DNA of 64,000 nucleotides from a bacterium (GTDB lineage: Bacteria > Bacillota_I > Bacilli_A > Izemoplasmatales > UBA1188): the NCBI GenBank assembly GCA_017541975.1, contig JAFXYB010000021.1, forward strand, positions 197 through 64,196. Reading direction: 5' to 3'. Below are positions 36,109 to 44,926 of the stretch, one piece after another. The notes beneath the pieces are model-generated. The model worked only from the letters and a program-made list of their open reading frames with translations. It made no database searches and was not told the DNA's origin. Position 1 is the stretch's first letter. Each line of letters begins with the position of its first letter. Position numbers and translations under genes: made by a program.

Positions 36109-36201
36109 TTTGTTTTCTCCTTGGATAAATATTGTTTTTTCTGCTTACATTATATATAAAAAATGTTTTTTTAATATAGAAATTAAAAAAAGTGTTCTCT
36201 A

Positions 36202-37194
36202 TTAATTTGAGAAATCACTTTTTAAAAATTCAAATGTGTCCTTTAAAGTTTCTTCTATCGGTGTAATTGTATAATGTATCTCGTTTTTTGCCTTTTCTGA
36301 TGAGTAATTGTAGTTTTGTTTTAGGCAATCCATTGAATAGGCTGTAAATAGTGGCTTTTTCTTAGCAAGTTTAGAATATAGTTCTAAAATAGGTGTGACA
36401 ATCTTCACGAGATTTGTGCTAACACATCTTTTATACGAAGGTAGATGTGTTATTTTTGATGATAAATCTATTAGTTCTTTTATTGTTATATTTGTACCAG
36501 CTAGAATGTAATTTTCGTTATTAACACCATAATCTATGGCATTTACAATTCCTCTTGCAACATCTCTAACGTCTACTAAATTATATCCGCCATCTACGAT
36601 TGTTTTAAGTTTGCCTTTTAAATACATCTTAAGTGCTGTATTAATTGGGCCACCAAATGAATCTTCTCTTCCAAGAATCGCTGATGGATGAACGATTATG
36701 GTGTTTAAATCACTATTTAGGCAATAATTAGAGGCAATAGCTTTAGATTGTGCATATACACCTTTCATGGCTTCATCGTAATATCTTGGTTCTACTATCT
36801 CACCTTTTTTAGGCTTTGTAATACAATCGACGCTTGAAACATATATGAATTTATCTATTTTATTCTTTAAGGCAAGGTCAACCACGTTTTTGGTACCTTC
36901 TGTGTTTACTTTAAATACTTTTTTATCGCGTTTTTTATAGATTGAGATTAATCCTGCGGCATGGATACAGTAGTTGATTCCGCTTCTTTTCGTGTTGAAA
37001 AAGATATCTAATGATTCTATATCAAAAACATCACCTTCGACAAAGGTGATTTTTTTAGATGGATCTATAAAATTCCTGTGTTTATCATCTTTTAAAACCA
37101 GGATAACAATATTTATGTTTTCTTTCTTTAGTAGTTCTATGACAACGTTTCTTCCAAGATGTCCAGTACCACCAGTAATATAATAAGTTTCCAC
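36202..37194 (-). CDS. NAD-dependent epimerase/dehydratase-family SDR (dihydroflavonol/cinnamoyl-CoA reductase-like)
   Basis: Start trimmed to the GTG at 37194 (VETYYITGGTGHLG) behind AAAGGAAA. The upstream part of the track ORF overlaps the PTP gene. Catalytic YAQSK is present. Confidence 0.75.
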   Translation of the reverse strand: METYYITGGTGHLGRNVVIELLKKENINIVILVLKDDKHRNFIDPSKKITFVEGDVFDIESLDIFFNTKRSGINYCIHAAGLISIYKKRDKKVFKVNTEGTKNVVDLALKNKIDKFIYVSSVDCITKPKKGEIVEPRYYDEAMKGVYAQSKAIASNYCLNSDLNTIIVHPSAILGREDSFGGPINTALKMYLKGKLKTIVDGGYNLVDVRDVARGIVNAIDYGVNNENYILAGTNITIKELIDLSSKITHLPSYKRCVSTNLVKIVTPILELYSKLAKKKPLFTAYSMDCLKQNYNYSSEKAKNEIHYTITPIEETLKDTFEFLKSDFSN

Positions 37195-37198
37195 TATT

Positions 37199-37666
37199 TC
37201 ATTTCCTTTCAAGATAACTAAAAAGTGCGATACATCCTCTTTTGATATCGCTAAAAGCTCTATCAAAATCTCTCGTATACCAAGGGTCAGATACATCATT
37301 AAATGAATCATCGTACTCTAACAACTTATGAACTTTATGTAATTTGTCTTCTTTTATGATGTACATAATACCCCTAACGTTGTATGAGTCCATGGCGATT
37401 ATTAAATCATATTTATCATAATCATCAGATTTTAGAAGTGTTGCATAATGTTCTGTGAATGGGATATTATTTCTTCTTAATACTTCTTTTGCGGGTGAAT
37501 AGATTGGATTACCTCTTCCCATAAATATCTCTTCAGTTGATGTTGCAGAAGACGCAATAAAATAATCATCTTCTTTATGATTCTTTTTTATTATATCTTT
37601 CATTATGAATTCTGCCATCGGACTTCTACAGATATTTCCATGACAGACAAACATTATTTTCTTCAT
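37199..37666 (-). CDS. Low-molecular-weight protein-tyrosine phosphatase
   Basis: 155 aa with the CX5R(S/T) P-loop FVCHGNICRSPMAE and a downstream DPWY Asp loop. Confidence 0.85.
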   Translation of the reverse strand: MKKIMFVCHGNICRSPMAEFIMKDIIKKNHKEDDYFIASSATSTEEIFMGRGNPIYSPAKEVLRRNNIPFTEHYATLLKSDDYDKYDLIIAMDSYNVRGIMYIIKEDKLHKVHKLLEYDDSFNDVSDPWYTRDFDRAFSDIKRGCIALFSYLERK

Positions 37667-37668
37667 TA

Positions 37669-39123
37669 TTAGTTATCAGACCTATGATATTTGGTCTTCA
37701 TATTTTCGCTTGCGATATTTATGATTTTGCCTATTACTTCTATGGTATCTTTTTTAAACTCCTCAGCGATTTTTTCATTTGTTTCTTCTAAGAGGGATAG
37801 ATTCTTGGTTTTTATAAATTCTTTATCAGTCTCGTTTATTGCCTTAGAACCTTTTGAAAGTGATCTAAATTGATAACGTTCTGAAAAAACTACTGTGTTT
37901 GCGTAGTTTGCGTCTACCATTATGGCGAATAATCTTGTGCACCAATAAAGGTAATCAGTTGATACTTCTTCAGTAGTTTCACTTAGGAATTTAGGGAATT
38001 TAGACACGTTTGTGTATTGCGGGATAGCGGCCGCAAATACACCGCCACCCATTGATACCCAAATAACACCTTTGATCTCATCTGGAACATTATTTCTTAT
38101 TTGAACGATGCCACAGTCATCAGTACCAGGTACACCGATTGAACGATATTTGCCTTTTTCATTTGATTTTGAATAAGGATCGTATGGAGTTCCCTGATAG
38201 TGAGATGTTAGAAGATATCTTATTTCTTCGATAGATATCTTTCTATCTGGTTCAATAGACCAAGGAAGATCATCACTTTCAGGGGTATAATATGCGCTAG
38301 GTCCATCGTATGTATATTTTCTTGGGTTTAAATATCTTGCGATATACCAAGCTCTTGGGGTGTTATAGAGATGGTCTTGGAAGGTATGCGAGCCAAAGGC
38401 TAAGCGTGGATTGAAGGTAGATGTAATATTGCAGTCAATATTGTTTTCTATCATAAAATCCTTTAAATCTTTTGAACACATATTTTCTGTTTGTTTACCA
38501 TATGCATCATTAAAATCAAAGTTGTCGAGGCCAAATTGGTTAGGCATTATGACAACTTTATCCTCTGGTGCTTTTTTCGCAATCCAGTGGTGTCCACCAA
38601 TTGATTCAAACCACCAGATTTCATTTTCATCACTGAAGGCAAGGCCGTTTGGTTCATATGTTCCATATTTTTCAAGGAGTTTCCCTAGTCTTATAACTCC
38701 TTCTCTTGCGGTTTTTATGTATGGAAGAGTGAGGCTTACGATATCTTCTTCACCTATTCCACCTGGAACTTCTTCTTTACCATCTTTGGCTGGAATATAT
38801 GTTACATATGGATCTATAGAGAGCACGCGGACATTTGAACTGATTGTTTCAGTGGCAGTCATTCCGACATTCATACTATTGATGCCAAAAGCACCCCACG
38901 TTCCTTCTTTAGGACTTACATTTGGGCACATAGAATACCTTAAAGGATTATCTTCGAGTTCGATTTCTAAGTGACTTATAACGCATTTATATTTTCTTGG
39001 TTGTTTATCTGGTTCTACAATTACTAATTTCTTAGTATCAAAACCACCATCATCGTTTCTTGCGATGATGGTTGAACCATCGTATGATACTTTCTTACCG
39101 ATTAATAATGTTGTGCAAGGCAT
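37669..39123 (-). CDS. C69-family dipeptidase
   Basis: 484 aa. N-terminal MPCTTLLIGKKVSYDGSTIIARNDD (Ntn-type nucleophile Cys) is typical of peptidase C69. Confidence 0.85.
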   Translation of the reverse strand: MPCTTLLIGKKVSYDGSTIIARNDDGGFDTKKLVIVEPDKQPRKYKCVISHLEIELEDNPLRYSMCPNVSPKEGTWGAFGINSMNVGMTATETISSNVRVLSIDPYVTYIPAKDGKEEVPGGIGEEDIVSLTLPYIKTAREGVIRLGKLLEKYGTYEPNGLAFSDENEIWWFESIGGHHWIAKKAPEDKVVIMPNQFGLDNFDFNDAYGKQTENMCSKDLKDFMIENNIDCNITSTFNPRLAFGSHTFQDHLYNTPRAWYIARYLNPRKYTYDGPSAYYTPESDDLPWSIEPDRKISIEEIRYLLTSHYQGTPYDPYSKSNEKGKYRSIGVPGTDDCGIVQIRNNVPDEIKGVIWVSMGGGVFAAAIPQYTNVSKFPKFLSETTEEVSTDYLYWCTRLFAIMVDANYANTVVFSERYQFRSLSKGSKAINETDKEFIKTKNLSLLEETNEKIAEEFKKDTIEVIGKIINIASENMKTKYHRSDN

Positions 39124-39126
39124 AAT

Positions 39127-39700
39127 TTAATCCTCCTTATATACGTTTATGATATTGGTATTTTTAAAATATTGTTTAAAGACATTTTGGCATTTTCTAA
39201 AGAATTTTCTATAGAAATGATATTTAGTTGAAACAAGATAGATGTTTTCTATTTCTATGTCCTTTAGTATTTTCTTTAGATTTCTTGCGTTTCCAGTTGT
39301 GGTTAGTGATTCATCTTCTGCGATAATCCTTTCTTCATCTACGTTATGATTAATTAGATATTCAAACATTTGGCTAGCTTCACTAACTCCAGCTTTTCTA
39401 TTGGGAGCGCCACCACAAATAGCGATGTATGAAGCATTTACTTTAGTAAATGTTTCAATACCGAGATCTAATCTTTCTACAAGTTCTTCTTTCATTTAAG
39501 AATCATCATTTAATCTTTTGCCTAATACTACTACTATATCCATAATCATTTTGGAAATAATTTAATATTTCCTTTGCCTCATCTATTTTCATATTGATTC
39601 CTTTATAAATATTATATATGCGAAGTAATAATAAAACAATAAAAGTCAATAAAAGCCAACCAAAATGTTGGTTTTTATTGACATAGTGATTATTAAGCAT
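39127..39700 (-). pseudogene. Disrupted DUF218 (YdcF/SanA-like) membrane-anchored protein gene
   Basis: Three pieces. The first is a TM helix ORF (39506-39700). The second is a 17-codon piece in another frame, MIMDIVVVLGKRLNDDS (the DUF218 'IVVLG' start), ending in TAA at 39496-39498. The third is the 122-aa ORF MKEELVERLDLGIE...GGAPNRK..SEA..M..YL...E..S..T..N (39127-39495). Confidence 0.6.
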
Positions 39701-39758
39701 AGATGCAAAAACATCTTTTTTTTACTTTCTTCTTATTAACAAATATATCTCTTTGTGG

Positions 39759-41834
39759 TTACTCTATTGTGAATTCACCATCCGTACATATTACTTTGCA
39801 TCCTACGAGCGCATCATATTCTACAATAATATCACCAAACGTTCCAGTTCCTTTTGTGTCCTTTTCTCTATTGATTCTTCTCCATTCTGCAATTGTGCCA
39901 TTGTAGATGATCGTCTTTAAACTAGGACAGCCTGATAGAGAATTTGATTCAATCTTTTGAACACTATTACCAATTGTGATAGATTCAAGCACACTGCAAC
40001 CATTAATTGTGTTCCATTTAATGGTTGATATTGTGTTTGAAAATACAATTGTTTTTAATGATCTACCCCAAAAGAACAACCAACTGCCTACAGATTCAAC
40101 ACTGTCAGGCATAGCAACTGATTCCAATGAATAGCAATGTGCAAAGGCATTTCTCTCGATCTCTGTGACACCATTTGGAATAGCAATTGATGTTAGAGAT
40201 TCACAATGTTCAAACGTATATTGTTTTATTGCTTTAATATTTTTTGATAATGTAATTGATGTTAAAGATGAACAATTTTGGAACGCAAATTGCCCTATTG
40301 ATGTGACACTATCAGGTATAATTATAGTTTTTAATGATAAGCAATTACAAAAAGTAAAATCATTTATTGATGTTATGGTATCTGGAATGATTAAGTCGGT
40401 TATCAGTTCATTGCTTATGTAAAGATTATGTGCATAGTAAAGCGGATTTGAAGTTGTAGCTTCAAAATGGATGCTACACCACGATTCAATGCTTGGAGCA
40501 TTAACTCTAATCAAAGATGAACAATTAGAAAATGCTCCATTTCTTATTGAGGTAACACTATTTGGGATTGTAATAGATGTTAAAGACGAACAATTATTGA
40601 ATGCATATTGTCCTATTGATGTAATGTCATTTGGAATAGTTACTTCTGTATTTGACTTCATATACAGAATCAACTCAATATTTTCATCATCAGTATACAC
40701 AATATATTCGTTGTTGATATTAGATAATTTGGATTTAGATTCATCATCAATAATATTTTTTGCATAATAAGCAACATACCCATAATTATATGATCCTGGT
40801 GATAAATTTAAGCTTGATTTATTAATTACTTCTACCAAGCTATAACATTCAAAAAATGCACTTTCTTCTATTGATCTGAGGCTATTTGGAATTGTGATTG
40901 ATGTTAGAGATGAACAATTTTTAAATGCACCTATTCCTATTGAAATTAGGCTATCTGGAATTGTGATTGATGTTAGAGATGAACAATATTGAAATGCATA
41001 TTTTTCTATTGTTGTAACACTATTAGGAATTATTACTGAATTAAGAGATGAGCACCCATCAAAAGAAAAATTATTTATTGAAGTAACACTATTTGGAATA
41101 ATTAAATCAGTAATTAATTCGCCATTTAAATAAAGATTATGTGCATAGTAAAGCGGATTTGATGACCATCTCTCAAACAAAATATTACACCACGATTCAA
41201 GACTTAAAATATTAACCCTTTCTAAAGATGTACAATATTGGAAAGCGCCATCTGCTATTGAAACAATACTGCTTGGAATTGTGATAGATTTAAGGGATTC
41301 ACAATACATGAATAGCTTTCTTTCAATTGACGTAACACTATTTGGGATAACAATCGCTGTTAAAGATGCGCAAGATTCAAACGATCCTACCCCAATTGAT
41401 GTAACACTATCTGGAATAGTTATCGATGCTAGAGATATACAATTAGAAAATGCTCCCTCTTCTATCGAAATAACACTATCAGGAATTGTGACACTAACTA
41501 TGTTTTCGTTGTTATAAAATGCATATTTATTAATTGAAGTTATGCAATCGGGAATTATTAGATTCTTTTCCGTGCCAATATAGTTGACTAATGATACATC
41601 ACTATTATTTAAATATACAATATAGTCCGCTTCCATCTTAGATAATTTTGATTTAGATTCATCGTCTATTATATCCTTTGCATAATATGCTATATTTCCA
41701 TAATCAGAAGACCCAATTGTTAATTCTAAACTTGATTTGTTAATCACTTCTACAAGTCTATAACAAGCACTGAATGCATCATATCCTATTGATGTTAAGG
41801 CTTTTTGAATTGTAATGGATGTAAAAATGGACAA
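39759..41834 (-). CDS. BspA-type leucine-rich-repeat surface protein, C-terminal fragment of a frameshifted gene
   Basis: 691-aa ORF of about 23-aa LRRs (SLTSITIPNSVTSIGxxAFxNCS) with no signal peptide. It opens on a TTG inside a repeat and overlaps the upstream fragment by 40 nt in another frame. Confidence 0.75.
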   Translation of the reverse strand: MSIFTSITIQKALTSIGYDAFSACYRLVEVINKSSLELTIGSSDYGNIAYYAKDIIDDESKSKLSKMEADYIVYLNNSDVSLVNYIGTEKNLIIPDCITSINKYAFYNNENIVSVTIPDSVISIEEGAFSNCISLASITIPDSVTSIGVGSFESCASLTAIVIPNSVTSIERKLFMYCESLKSITIPSSIVSIADGAFQYCTSLERVNILSLESWCNILFERWSSNPLYYAHNLYLNGELITDLIIPNSVTSINNFSFDGCSSLNSVIIPNSVTTIEKYAFQYCSSLTSITIPDSLISIGIGAFKNCSSLTSITIPNSLRSIEESAFFECYSLVEVINKSSLNLSPGSYNYGYVAYYAKNIIDDESKSKLSNINNEYIVYTDDENIELILYMKSNTEVTIPNDITSIGQYAFNNCSSLTSITIPNSVTSIRNGAFSNCSSLIRVNAPSIESWCSIHFEATTSNPLYYAHNLYISNELITDLIIPDTITSINDFTFCNCLSLKTIIIPDSVTSIGQFAFQNCSSLTSITLSKNIKAIKQYTFEHCESLTSIAIPNGVTEIERNAFAHCYSLESVAMPDSVESVGSWLFFWGRSLKTIVFSNTISTIKWNTINGCSVLESITIGNSVQKIESNSLSGCPSLKTIIYNGTIAEWRRINREKDTKGTGTFGDIIVEYDALVGCKVICTDGEFTIE

Positions 41835-42410
41835 TTATAAAATGCAGAATTTCCTATTGATGTAACGCTGCTAGGAAGAGTTATTGATGTTAAAGACAAA
41901 CAACCAGAGAAAGCATAATTTCCTATCGATGTTATACCATTTGGAACAACTATGTTAGTAATAGGCTTTACATAGCATATTAACTCAATGATTTTATCAT
42001 CAATATAAACTATGCAGTTATCATTCATCTTCGATAGTTTTGATTTAGATTCATCGTCTATAATATCTTTTGCGAAGAATGTTATGTATCCATTATCAAG
42101 AGATCCCGCTGTTAATTTTAAATCTGACTTATTAATTACTTCTACAAGTCTACGACAACTACTGAATGCAAAGAATCCTATTGATGTGATGCTATTTGGA
42201 ATTGTGATAGAAGTTAGAAATGAACAATTATAGAATGCTCTTTCACCTATTGATGAAACATTGTTCGATAAGTATACAGAATTAATATAACTGTTGTTTT
42301 CAAAACCATAATCCTTTATCTCTTTTACTGGTTTATTATTATAAGATGCTGGGATAACTACAGTATCATAACTATAATCTTCTTTTCCTGAGACAATGTA
42401 ATATGATTCA
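39914..42410 (-). repeat. Coding tandem LRR array with higher-order duplications (approximate bounds)
   Basis: About 69-nt repeat units. A larger module LVEVINKSSL...YAKDIIDDESKSKLSKM... occurs three times, and RVN..S.ESWC...SNPLYYAHNLY..ELITDLIIP occurs twice. Confidence 0.6.
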
Positions 42411-43015
42411 TCTTCAGATAATTCAAATACAAGGCCATCAATATAAGAAAGTGAATCTATTATTTCTTCTTCTTTGTGACCACATCTTGAACATATTCTT
42501 TCTCTTTTACCATTATTAGTATCTGTAGGTTCACTAACTGTAACCCATTTAGAATAGTTATGGCCTAAAGCTTCAATAGTTCTTGTTTCGCTTTCTCCAC
42601 ATGAACATATTCTTTCTTCTTTGCCACTTCCTATACAAGTAGGACTATTTTTAGTATGCCACTCACCATATTCATGAATATGCTCGGTAGTTATATTCTC
42701 TTGAGTTGTAGTGATTATTTCTTGTGTAGTAGTTATAACTGGTTCTTGTGTAGTTGTGATATTCTCTTTTGTAGTAGTAACTACTTCTTTTGTAGTAGTT
42801 GGTTCATTAAAGGTTGTGGTAGTTGTAGGAATATCTTCTTTAGTAGTGGTTATTTCTTTACTAGATGTTGTACTACTATTGTTATCTACTGTTGTAGTAG
42901 TCATATTATCTTTATTCGCAGTTAAAGAGGTTGTACTAGTGGTGTTATCGTTTGTACAACCAATGATTATTAATAATAGGGATAGGATTAATATAATTAT
43001 TCTTGTGCGTTTCAT
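41795..43015 (-). CDS. BspA-type LRR lipoprotein, N-terminal fragment
   Basis: 406 aa. Signal peptide with lipobox IIGC, Thr-rich linker, two Cys-motif modules, then LRRs. Ends ...AFYNCPFLHPLQFKKP* in the middle of a repeat. Confidence 0.75.
   Translation of the reverse strand: MKRTRIIILILSLLLIIIGCTNDNTTSTTSLTANKDNMTTTTVDNNSSTTSSKEITTTKEDIPTTTTTFNEPTTTKEVVTTTKENITTTQEPVITTTQEIITTTQENITTEHIHEYGEWHTKNSPTCIGSGKEERICSCGESETRTIEALGHNYSKWVTVSEPTDTNNGKRERICSRCGHKEEEIIDSLSYIDGLVFELSEDESYYIVSGKEDYSYDTVVIPASYNNKPVKEIKDYGFENNSYINSVYLSNNVSSIGERAFYNCSFLTSITIPNSITSIGFFAFSSCRRLVEVINKSDLKLTAGSLDNGYITFFAKDIIDDESKSKLSKMNDNCIVYIDDKIIELICYVKPITNIVVPNGITSIGNYAFSGCLSLTSITLPSSVTSIGNSAFYNCPFLHPLQFKKP
42692..42955 (-). 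repeat. Thr-rich low-complexity linker with imperfect ITTTQE/TTTKE tandem units (coding)
   Basis: Protein TTTKEVVTTTKENITTTQEPVITTTQEIITTTQENITT. The plus-strand ORFs 42656-42925 and 42711-43100 are low-complexity shadows. Confidence 0.6.
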
Positions 43016-43202
43016 GGGTTTTTTATTAACTCCCTGTTATATGCAAAATAATGCACTTCTTCAATTTAACTATAACATAGTTATATACTTAATTCAATAA
43101 TCGTGGAATTGTTTATATGTTATTTAAAAATCATTTCAATCTTTAAATATCCATTGCATTAATGCTGTTTTTATGTATAATTTACAATAATCAGGAGTTT
43201 TA

Positions 43203-44711
43203 ATGACTATGAACAAGAATGAAATATTAGAGAAATGTAAGTATTATTGTGATTGGAAACAAGATTATAGTTATATTGTTTCTATCTTTAATTTTGATAA
43301 AGAAACAATTGCGCCAAGAGGGGCAAACGAAGAAAGCGATAAAGCTCTTGCGAGAATCCAACAAGATATATTTAAAGTATTAAAAAGTGATGATTACATT
43401 AACTATGTAAAAGAGGCATACGAAAAAAGAAATGAATTCGATGAAGCACATAGAAGACTTTTTGAATTTCAATATAAAGAATATATCAGAAATATAAATA
43501 TTAGTCCTGAACTTCAATATGAAAACTCTCTTCTTCTTGGAAAATCATATAGTGATTGGTTAAATGCAAAAGAAAAGGGTGATTATAACTTATATGAACC
43601 GACATTCAGAAAAGTTGTTGAGATGAGCAGAAAACTAATTGAGCTTAGAGACAATAAATTTGCTACCTATTATGACATGCTTCTTGACGATTTTGAACCA
43701 GGTAATAATGAGGTTATTCTCGATAAGTTTTTTAGTGAACTAAAGGAAGGAATATTACCAATTATTAAGAAAATTAACGCATCTAAACAACCTCGTAAAG
43801 ATTTTTTGTCATATGAGGTCCCAATACCACTTCAAGAAAGGATGAGTGAATTCCTCTTAAAATTCAATGGATTTGACACAAATTGCGGTGTTTTATCAAC
43901 CACAGAACACCCTTTTACTGACTTTCCAAGTGAACATGACATAAGAGTTACTACTCATTATTATCTCGATATGTTTACTTCTAATATCTATAGTGTAATC
44001 CATGAAGGCGGACATGCGATTTTTGGACAAAATATTCCTCATGAATTATTCGCTCTTGGACTTGGTGATTTTATTACAAGTGCCGAACACGAAACAATCT
44101 CTAGATTCTATGAAAATTATATCGGAAGAAACAAAAACTATGTGTATCATCTATATAATAAAACAAATGAAATATGTGGAGATATCTTTAAGGATGTTTC
44201 TTTTGATGAGTTCTATAAGGGCATAAATATCGCAGAACCAAGTTTAATTCGTACAGAATCTGATGAACTTACTTATTGTATACATATACTTATAAGATAT
44301 GAATTAGAAAAAGATTTGATAAACGGAAAGATTTCCACTCAAGGATTAAACCTTGAGTGGAACAGGAAATACAAAGAATATCTTGGCGTTGAACCAAAGA
44401 ATGACAGCGAGGGAATACTTCAAGATGTGCACTGGACTGGTGCAGCATTCGGTTATTTTCCTTCTTATGCGCTTGGAAATGCTTATGGAGCAATGATTTT
44501 AAACAAGATGAAGGAAGATATCGATTTCGATAAAGCTTTACTTGATGGAGACTTAGAAAAAATTAAGAATTGGCTTAAAGATAAGGTGTTTAGTATTGCA
44601 CCACTTAAAGATCCAAATGAATGGATAAAAGCGATAACAGGAAAAGATTTTTCAACAAAAGATTACATTAATTATCTACATGAAAAATTTTCTAAATTGT
44701 ACAAATTTTAA
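43203..44711 (+). CDS. M32 (Taq-type) metallo-carboxypeptidase
   Basis: 502 aa with HEGGHA (HExxH), TEHPFT (HPF motif) and DVHW near the C-terminus. AGGAG RBS. Confidence 0.85.
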   Translation: MTMNKNEILEKCKYYCDWKQDYSYIVSIFNFDKETIAPRGANEESDKALARIQQDIFKVLKSDDYINYVKEAYEKRNEFDEAHRRLFEFQYKEYIRNINISPELQYENSLLLGKSYSDWLNAKEKGDYNLYEPTFRKVVEMSRKLIELRDNKFATYYDMLLDDFEPGNNEVILDKFFSELKEGILPIIKKINASKQPRKDFLSYEVPIPLQERMSEFLLKFNGFDTNCGVLSTTEHPFTDFPSEHDIRVTTHYYLDMFTSNIYSVIHEGGHAIFGQNIPHELFALGLGDFITSAEHETISRFYENYIGRNKNYVYHLYNKTNEICGDIFKDVSFDEFYKGINIAEPSLIRTESDELTYCIHILIRYELEKDLINGKISTQGLNLEWNRKYKEYLGVEPKNDSEGILQDVHWTGAAFGYFPSYALGNAYGAMILNKMKEDIDFDKALLDGDLEKIKNWLKDKVFSIAPLKDPNEWIKAITGKDFSTKDYINYLHEKFSKLYKF

Positions 44712-44901
44712 TTTTAAAAAAATTTAAAAGTTTTATAAAAAAATTATTTAGCAATGTTAAAGAAAAATAAATGCCTAAATTTAGAGAAATTTTTAAAATC
44801 ATTTGACACAATATTGTTTTTCACAAATTTAACCCCCTTTACAAAGGGAAAAAATGTGGCTAAAATAGTTGCAGAAATAAGGCAAAATGGATGTATTTAA
44901 T

Positions 44902-44926
44902 AAAAACCGATTCCGGTTTTTATTTT
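44902..44926 (+). terminator. Small terminator-like hairpin in the nrdD upstream region
   Basis: aaaaaccg-attc-cggttttt followed by attttac, about 190 nt after the carboxypeptidase stop and about 90 nt before the nrdD ATG. Confidence 0.4.

Noticed and set aside
36202-37311. Full 369-aa version of the SDR ORF
   Set aside because: The first 39 codons overlap the end of the LMW-PTP gene in another frame and have no Rossmann context. A GTG start at 37194, directly before the TGGTGHLG motif and behind an RBS, is far more plausible.
39759-43015. Regularly spaced repeats that could suggest a CRISPR array or a non-coding tandem repeat
   Set aside because: The periodicity (about 69 nt) is in-frame leucine-rich-repeat coding sequence with degenerate units. 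There are no unique spacers and no cas genes.
42656-43100. Two overlapping plus-strand ORFs rich in Val/Ser/Cys
   Set aside because: They are the reverse-complement reading of the Thr-rich (ACN-repeat) linker of the LRR lipoprotein, so they are a low-complexity artefact.
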